Both the position numbers and the translations under genes were made by a program. Below are positions 57,355-64,000 of a stretch of 64,000 nt of DNA, in pieces. Each line of letters begins with the position of its first letter. Position 1 is the first letter of the stretch. A model generated the notes under the pieces. It was not told where the DNA came from and did no database searches. It saw only the letters and a list, made by a program, of their open reading frames with translations. This stretch comes from Cyanophora paradoxa CCMP329 (Eukaryota > Plantae > Glaucophyta): positions 124,001 to 188,000 of the forward strand of contig QPMI01000038.1 of assembly GCA_004431415.1 (NCBI GenBank), given 5' to 3'.

Positions 57355-60300
57355 TTAAGCCGCCCCGCGGCCGAGCGCGCGCGCACCGGCGCGCAGGATG
57401 GTGAAGAGTATGGCGAAGTAGATGAGAATGTACAGGACGCGGAACACCACGAGCGCCTGCGCCGGGACGGCGGGTTATAATCATCAGGCGCCCGCTTCAT
57501 GATCAGCGGCTGCTTCTACTTCTATATATAGCTTGAAATTCGAAGCGATAATCATTCATGATCAGTTAATGAAAGGGGCGGACGAGGTCGAGGTTGTCCT
57601 CGACGGTGTCCGGGTCGTAGTCCTTGATGACGACGAGGCCGAAGAGGAACTTCTGCGGCTCGAAGCCCGTCCGCGAGTCGTCGTGCGCGTGCGACGCCAC
57701 GCTCCCCCGCAGCTTCTTGAACTGCGCGCGCGCCCGGCGCGGCCCGCGTCGGTGCCCGTCGAAAGGAGCGAAGGGAAGCAGAGCGGGGAGCGGCGCGGCG
57801 GGGCGCACCCAGCTCTGCTGGCGGGGGGCGCGGGCCGGCTTGGCGTCAGCGTCGCGGGCAGCGGGGAAGGGCAGGTTCGACTCGTGGAGCGAGGGTTCCT
57901 TGCGGGCGGGATCCGGATCGGCGAAGGAGTCGCCGTGGGGCGCGGAGGAGTACGATACCGACTCGACTCGCAACGGCGGCGCGTCGGGCGTCCTGGGGTC
58001 CATCATCGGGACCCCCGTCCCGAGCGGCAGCCGCCGCGCGCTCTTGTTGCCGGGCACCGGCCCCGCGACGCCGGCGAAGGGGTCCGACTCGGTGATGCCG
58101 GCCTCGGCGCGGGGCGAGCGCGCCGGGCTCGTGATCGTCATTGCGAGCATCGGGTCGGCCGGAGCGACGCGGTTGTCCTTCTCCTTCTTGGCGGCCTTCT
58201 CGGCCCGCTTCGCCTCCTCCCGCGCGTTTTTAGTGAACGACTTGCGCATGTCCCGCACGCCTTGCGCCGCCTGCCAGAACATCTGCAGCGTCACCTGTAT
58301 AACCAGGATCGAGAACTGCGCAACGCCGAGAAGCCCCGCGTCAGAGCTTCCCTGCCAAAGGCAGCAGCAACAGCGTTAAGGCTCTCGCCTGGAAGGCGTA
58401 GACGAAGGCGATGAAGGCGGTGAGGCGGCAGAGGTACGCCACGGGCGGGAGGGCGTCCAGAACGACAAAGGAGTAGATGAGCGTCCCCACGATCGCCGAC
58501 GAGACGAGCTCCATCTGCGGGGCCGCCGCGGCCGCGGGGCCATATCGTGAGCGCCAATGCATTTGGGCGATTTTAATGTCTCAGAAGTCGTCGTCGTTAT
58601 TCACCTTGTAGTCGTTGTCGAAGGCGAGGTAGAATGAGAAGTAAGAGGAGAGCATGAGCATGGCGAGGGGGAAGATGATGTTCGTCGAGTGGTACGTCGA
58701 CCGCCGCTCCGCGTGAAAGTACACCTGTCCGGGGGGATTAGCTGGGCCGGATGGAAGCTTGAGGGCGGAAGAGGGGTCGCGCACGGTGAGGCGGGAGTAG
58801 TCCTGCGAGATGCCGCCCGACACGTTCCCGATGATCTGGTCGAGGTTCTTGAAGATGAACGTCCCGTCCTGCGGCCGCGCGCGCGTGTCGGATCCGGAGC
58901 GGCGAAGCTGAACTTGGAGCGGCGGAGCTCGAGGCGAGGCGGGACGCACGTCGATGGCGTTGAGGACGCCGCGGACGGACTCGACGTTGAAGGAGGCGTT
59001 GCGGGCGTCCTTCCAGTTCGTGAACACCATCTTCCCCGTGTTGTACACGCTGCGCGGCCGCCGCCTCAGCGGCGCGTGCGCAAGCCTCGCCGAACCGACA
59101 GCTGCAGAAGGGACGCACGAAGACTCGAGGCGGACCATCATGAGCTGCGTGTCGAACGGGAACTCCCGCACGTTGATCGCTGTGCATGCACGCGCGCGGC
59201 GGACCGTCAGAAGCCGGGTGGGCGGGCAGCGCTAGCCGCAGCCCTCGCACCGTCCCAGTTGACTCGGATCAGGTAGCGCTCGCTGCGGAATTGGGAGTTC
59301 GGAGGGGTCACCGGGGAGGAACCCATCAATTGCGCGGTAGATCGGAGCCACGGCGCGCGCACATCATTTGAACCATGCCGCGGTCGACGCGGAGGCGCTG
59401 CGAGAGGTACTGCGCGCACAGGCAGTTCAGCACAAACGAAAACGGCAGAGAATGGCCTGGGCGGACGCGGGGCGTGTCGCGGGCGTTGGCGAAGACCAGA
59501 GCGGGATGCCAGATTTGGCTCGTGAAGCTGTGCGGCTTTAAGAGAACAGCGATGGATCGCGAGAGAGGGCAGGGGCGCACTTCCAGTTGAAGAAGGTGTC
59601 GCGGTAGGGGGCGAAAGACGGGTCGTACCACTGTGTGACCTGGCTCGCGTCCAGCGTGAAGATCTGGTCCGCCTCGTTCGTCTCGTACACGTTGTTGATC
59701 TGGGAGAAGGCGCGCAAATATGAGTCGGAGCGCCGCAAACGATGGACCGAGCGACATCGCCACACACCTGGAGAACGACGGAGACGGGGACGGGGAAAGT
59801 GTCCATGATGGTGCGGGGCGTCCCCGTCGCCTGCTGCAGGAGCCGCCGCGCCCGCGCCAGCGTCCGGTTCGCCCCCTCAGCGGGCGTCGCCGCTGTTGAC
59901 GGGAGAGTCCTGCGCAGGAATTTCAATGTCTGCTGCATGCGCCACGTCAGCACGGGCGAAGCCGGAGCGGCGCACGTGGCGCCGGACTGGATGGCGAGCA
60001 GAACGGCGTCGTATCTGACGCGGGAGTCAGGACGGCGTCCAGCGCTGGATAATGGCAGATTGGGGGGCCTGTACCCGAGGGGCGGGAAGGGGATGCGGTT
60101 GGACTTGACGACAATCGCGGCCGAAGGGAGCGTGATCGCCGCCAGCTGCGCACGCAGCCGCGCCGTCAGCCCCGACGGGCGAGGGCGACGCGGGCGGCGC
60201 GGGCGGACGGGGATGGAGAGGTCGGCGTAGAGGCCGGTGAGGGCGTCGGCGATGACGACGCCGCGCAGGTCGAAGGCCGTCGAGCCCGCCACCGTCAGCG

Positions 60301-63300
60301 GCGCCCCGTTCGTCTCCTCCCCGTCCCGGATCTTGTACCGGAAATTGAGCATCTTTCCATTGCAATTTCGAGTCAACGCGGGAAGTCGGAAGCGCGAGCG
60401 GGGAGCATTGGGGTGCATCGCACCCGCGGGTCTCGGGCATCGAAGGAGACGAATTCGGCGAGGCCGCCCGAGGAGAGGTCGATGCGCGGCGGCGTCGCCG
60501 GCGTCCGCGGGTCCATTGTGATGTCTCGTGTGAACACCACCTGTGGCGTAGCGTGAGGACAGTTGCAGAATTCGGAGGAAAGAAATCATCGCTCGGGCGC
60601 GCCTGGATGCGGATGGCCGGGGAGGAGGCGTCGAGGGTGCGCCCGAGGTAGGTGGCCGTCACGTCGAGGACCTTGGGCGGGGAGGTGAAGACGAAGAAGG
60701 GGAGCGCCCGGGACGTCGGCGCCGCCTTCAGCGGCCCCGCGCGCGCCCCGAAGACGCCGTCGCGGCTCGCGAGGGCGCTCCCCGCCGGCAGCTCGACGCG
60801 CGCCTCGGCGTTGAGCGCCGGCGGCACCGCCTCGAGCGGCACGAAGGCCCGCGGCGAGGCGGGGTCCAGCCCGCACGCCGCCCCCTCCGGCACCTCTGCG
60901 CCCCGCCCCGTTCGATCCGCCGCACTTGGCGTTAGAGCCGAGAAGCGCACCGAAGGCGAAGAGGACGCCCGGGTCTCGGAACTGCGGGCCCGCGTCGTAG
61001 CCGCTCCCCTCGATCAGCGCGAACGGGCCCAGCGTCCCCACCTGCGCGCTGTGAGTGCCTGAGCCGAGGTGAAAATGCAAAGCGAGGGCACCAGAACGTT
61101 GAGGCGGAGAGACTCGCCCGGGACGCGGTCTCCCAGCAGCCCTCTCTGCGAGGGCGTCGGATGCAGGGCCGCAAAGACGGCAGCAGTCAGGCGGGGCCCG
61201 GGCGCCGCACGTCGAAGACGGCGCGGGCGGTGGCGTTGACGGTGGCGGCCCCGCAGCGCATCGGAATGTACGGCGTCCGCGACCCGCTCGCAAGCTGCGC
61301 CACCGGCAGAGGCCGAATATCAGAGCGGAACGCTAATCAAAGCCGAAACGGGGAGCGCGCCTGGACGGCGACGGGCTGGTCGTAGAACACGGCGATGTAC
61401 ACCACGTCCTTGACCGTCGCCGCCTGCCGCGCGGCGTCAGCGGCGGCGGCGGTGCAGCGGGGTGGCAGCGACGGCGGATCCGGAGCAGCGGCAACGGGGC
61501 GGGCGGGCCTGGACGTTGGAGGAGTTGAAGGTGAGGCCGGCGGCGGAGAAGAAGTTGGTCGTCGCGAGGAAGAACGTCCAGTTGCGCACGAAGGGCTCCC
61601 CCGAGTAGATCGTGTACTGCCCGTTGCTGCCCCCGCGTCAGGACGAAGCAGCCGTCAGCTCGGCGCGGGCGGGCGCGGGCGCACAAGAGCTGGTCGACAG
61701 GGATGGAGGTGCGGTCCACGGCGGTGGCGCCGTCGAGGACGGCGACGAGCGACCAGCCGCGGGTCGAGGCGTTGGTCTGCGGCTGCAGCGTCCCCGCCCC
61801 GACAGTCTGGTTGGAGAGGGGTCCGAGGGGGACCGACGGGTCCCGCGTGAATCCACACTTGGCGTCCTTCTGCACTCTGTACGCGAAGTTGACCCACGAG
61901 ACCCGGATGACCCCCTGCGCGGATGCCGTGAGTCACGGAAGTTGCGGGATCGTTAGGCCGCTGGGGGGCACCCCCGCGTAGCCCTCGAGCGTGTCGAACG
62001 CGTCGACGAAGGAGAAGACGGCGGGGGAGGAGCCCGGGCGGCCGGCGCCGCAGGTGAGGTTCAGGTAGGGCGTCCCTGGGGCCGGCGCGGTCCCGTTGGC
62101 GCCCGATGAGCCCCGCACGACGACCGGCTCCGAGTAGACGAGCGTGAGGTACACGAGCTGGTTTGTGAAGGCGACCTGGGGCCGAGCGGACGGGCGTCGG
62201 CGTCGGGCGGGGAATCGAAGCGGGGATCGCGGGGGCGCCGGGCACCGTCTGCGGCGTGTAGGAGCTGCCGGCGGCGAGCTGCGCGGCGGCGGCGTCGCGC
62301 GGGTGCGCGCCGAAGGTGAAGAAGACGCGCAGGACGCTCGGGTCGTCCGCCTGGACCTGCGGGTCGCGATCGCTCAGACGGGCGGGGCGGCGCGATTCGC
62401 GTGGGCGAGCGCGCCAGGAACTCGGGCGACTGAGGCTCGGGCAGGTCGACGACGACGGGCGCGTTGTCGAGCTCGGCCACGAGGCCCGTCGCGTTCTGCA
62501 GGGCGAAGACGCGGAGCGCCCCGCGGGATCCGAGGCCGCACGAGTCGCCGCGGACGACGGACGCCGCGAACTGCGCGTAGTGGACGCGGGCCGGGAGGTA
62601 CGTGGCCGTGTCGAGCTCCTCGCGGGACACGACCCGCGCGAACGTCGCGCGGTGCCTCACGGGGCCGCCGCCGTCGCTGCAGGTGTACTGGAAGGAGGGC
62701 GGCGGCGAGCCCGGGAGGAGCTTGACGGGCTCGCGGAAGCGAAGCTCGAAGGTGAGCGGCTGCCCCGGCAGCGCGACCGGCACGGCCGAGGCGCCGCCCG
62801 TCGTCGTGCCGTAGCCGGCCGCCGTGTTCCAAGTCGAACCCGGCGACGGCGCCGTCGCGTCGAACTGGCCCATGACGACGGCGCCGACCAGTCGGAGGCG
62901 ACGAGGGCGTCGGGGGCGCCGTTGCGCATGCGGACGCCGGCGACGGCGGGCGGCGGGGCGGAGACGGCGAAGGCGAACTGGGCGCGGGCGTTGCCGCCGA
63001 TGACGGCCTCGGCCTGGCGCCCGTCGAGGACGGCGACGACGCGATCCGCGTTGGAGACGGTGCTGTTGACGAGCGAGATGGTCCACTTGTTGCAGTCGTC
63101 CCCGCGCGTCACGTTGTATCTGCCGGTCGGTCGGATCAGCTGGGCGAATTGGAGATACCGTCGGCTCTAGACACCTGAAGAGGAGGCCGCGGAGGGGCAG
63201 GCCGGCGTCCTGGGACGAGCAGTCCGCCCAGGGGCCCGTCATCCCGTCGCACTCCACTGCAGCGAAGCAGGCGACATCGATTAGGCGAAGCAGCACGGGA

Positions 63301-64000
63301 ACGGAGAAGCTGAAGAGGCGCGCACGGAACTCGGTGTCGGGAGCGTAGGGGGCCCCGTCGGGGGAGCCGAGGCAGGGGAGCGAGGGGGCGTTGCGGCACG
63401 GGTACACGACCTCGTAGAAGCGCGCGACGCGCGATGCGCCGCACGTGAAGGCGAACGAAGGGACTTCCGCGCCGGGAAGAACCTGTGGCGGGGCGTGAGC
63501 GGCGGCGCCAGCTCAGATCTGGAGAGAAGAGCGCGCGCGCGCCTTGACGGGCTCGCTGTAGGCGATGAAGACCTGGAGGACGCCGCCGGCGCCGAGCGCG
63601 CCGAACTGCACCTGCAGGCCGATGTTGTCCAGGTAGGTCGTCGTAGGCTTGACGGGCGACGCCGGGTCGATGCGCGCACGGAACCCGACGACTGCGCCGG
63701 CCCGGCCCGGCCCGAGCTCAGCAAGAGCGGGGGCGGCGCCGAGGGGCCGACGAGCTCGAGGGGGCGCACTGGTCGGGAGGGAGCGGATGACGGTGCTGTA
63801 CTCCATCGGCCGCCACGCATCGTTCATCGAGACGACGGCGGTTGAGGCCGGCGCGCTGTCGGCGTCGGCGACGATGGTGCCGACCAGCGGGCTCCCCGAC
63901 TCAAAGTTCCCATTGTCGCACGTGTCCCCGCGGGCCACCGTGTAGTGGAAGAGCAGCCCGGACGTCTGCAGCGCCGGGGAGACGTAGGACGCCGCGACGG
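57355..64000 (-). CDS. Multi-exon pentameric ligand-gated ion channel subunit with a large N-terminal repeat extension; 5' end beyond the window, 3' end approximate
   Basis: IWHPALVFAN (loop A), REFPFDTQ (Pro-loop), ERR-STYH..NIIFP (M1), M2/M3 LPPVAYL, long cytoplasmic loop, M4 FRVLYILIYFAILF; upstream exons carry F-x-Y-x-(V/I)-x-x-(G)-(D/E) repeats. Confidence 0.78.

Overview
GC-rich, intron-rich eukaryotic (probably protist/algal) DNA with a nested pile of mobile elements followed by host genes. (1) 1-11394: 3' part of a Ty3/Gypsy LTR retrotransposon (PR-RT-RH-IN, PPT, 283-bp 3' LTR) inserted into the last codons of a probable protein-primed PolB gene. (2) 11395-16315: right part of a Polinton/Maverick-like element (pPolB C-terminus, rve integrase, AT-rich terminal region ending in a 28-bp ACACATA...TATGTGT fold-back). 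It is interrupted by a poly(A) retroposon (19-bp TSD) and a hAT-type MITE (8-bp TSD). (3) Main find, 19105-43041: a 23.9-kb AT-rich element with a 6-bp TSD (GACCCT) that is almost entirely one palindrome. Two ~11.4-kb inverted arms, each bounded by ACACATAAAG...CTTTATGTGT, enclose a single Zn-ribbon/Vsr-like endonuclease gene. Each arm encodes a TVpol (PolA-type primase-polymerase)-SF3 helicase, an ATPase-less paralog of it, winged-helix, T5orf172, RING and DUF5710-like proteins, plus four iteron/origin-like modules. No integrase, capsid or packaging ATPase is recognisable. Its ends are 28-bp fold-backs with G.A-mismatch loops that share terminal sequence and stem length with the neighbouring Polinton-like end, which suggests a self-replicating satellite that borrows a Polinton integrase. 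(4) 44229-46143: partial duplicate of the integrase plus MITE. (5) 46.7-64 kb: host genes (KP-43-type subtilisin, a duplicated secreted domain, and a pentameric ligand-gated channel with a large N-terminal repeat region). All family assignments come from motif recognition by eye, without database searches.
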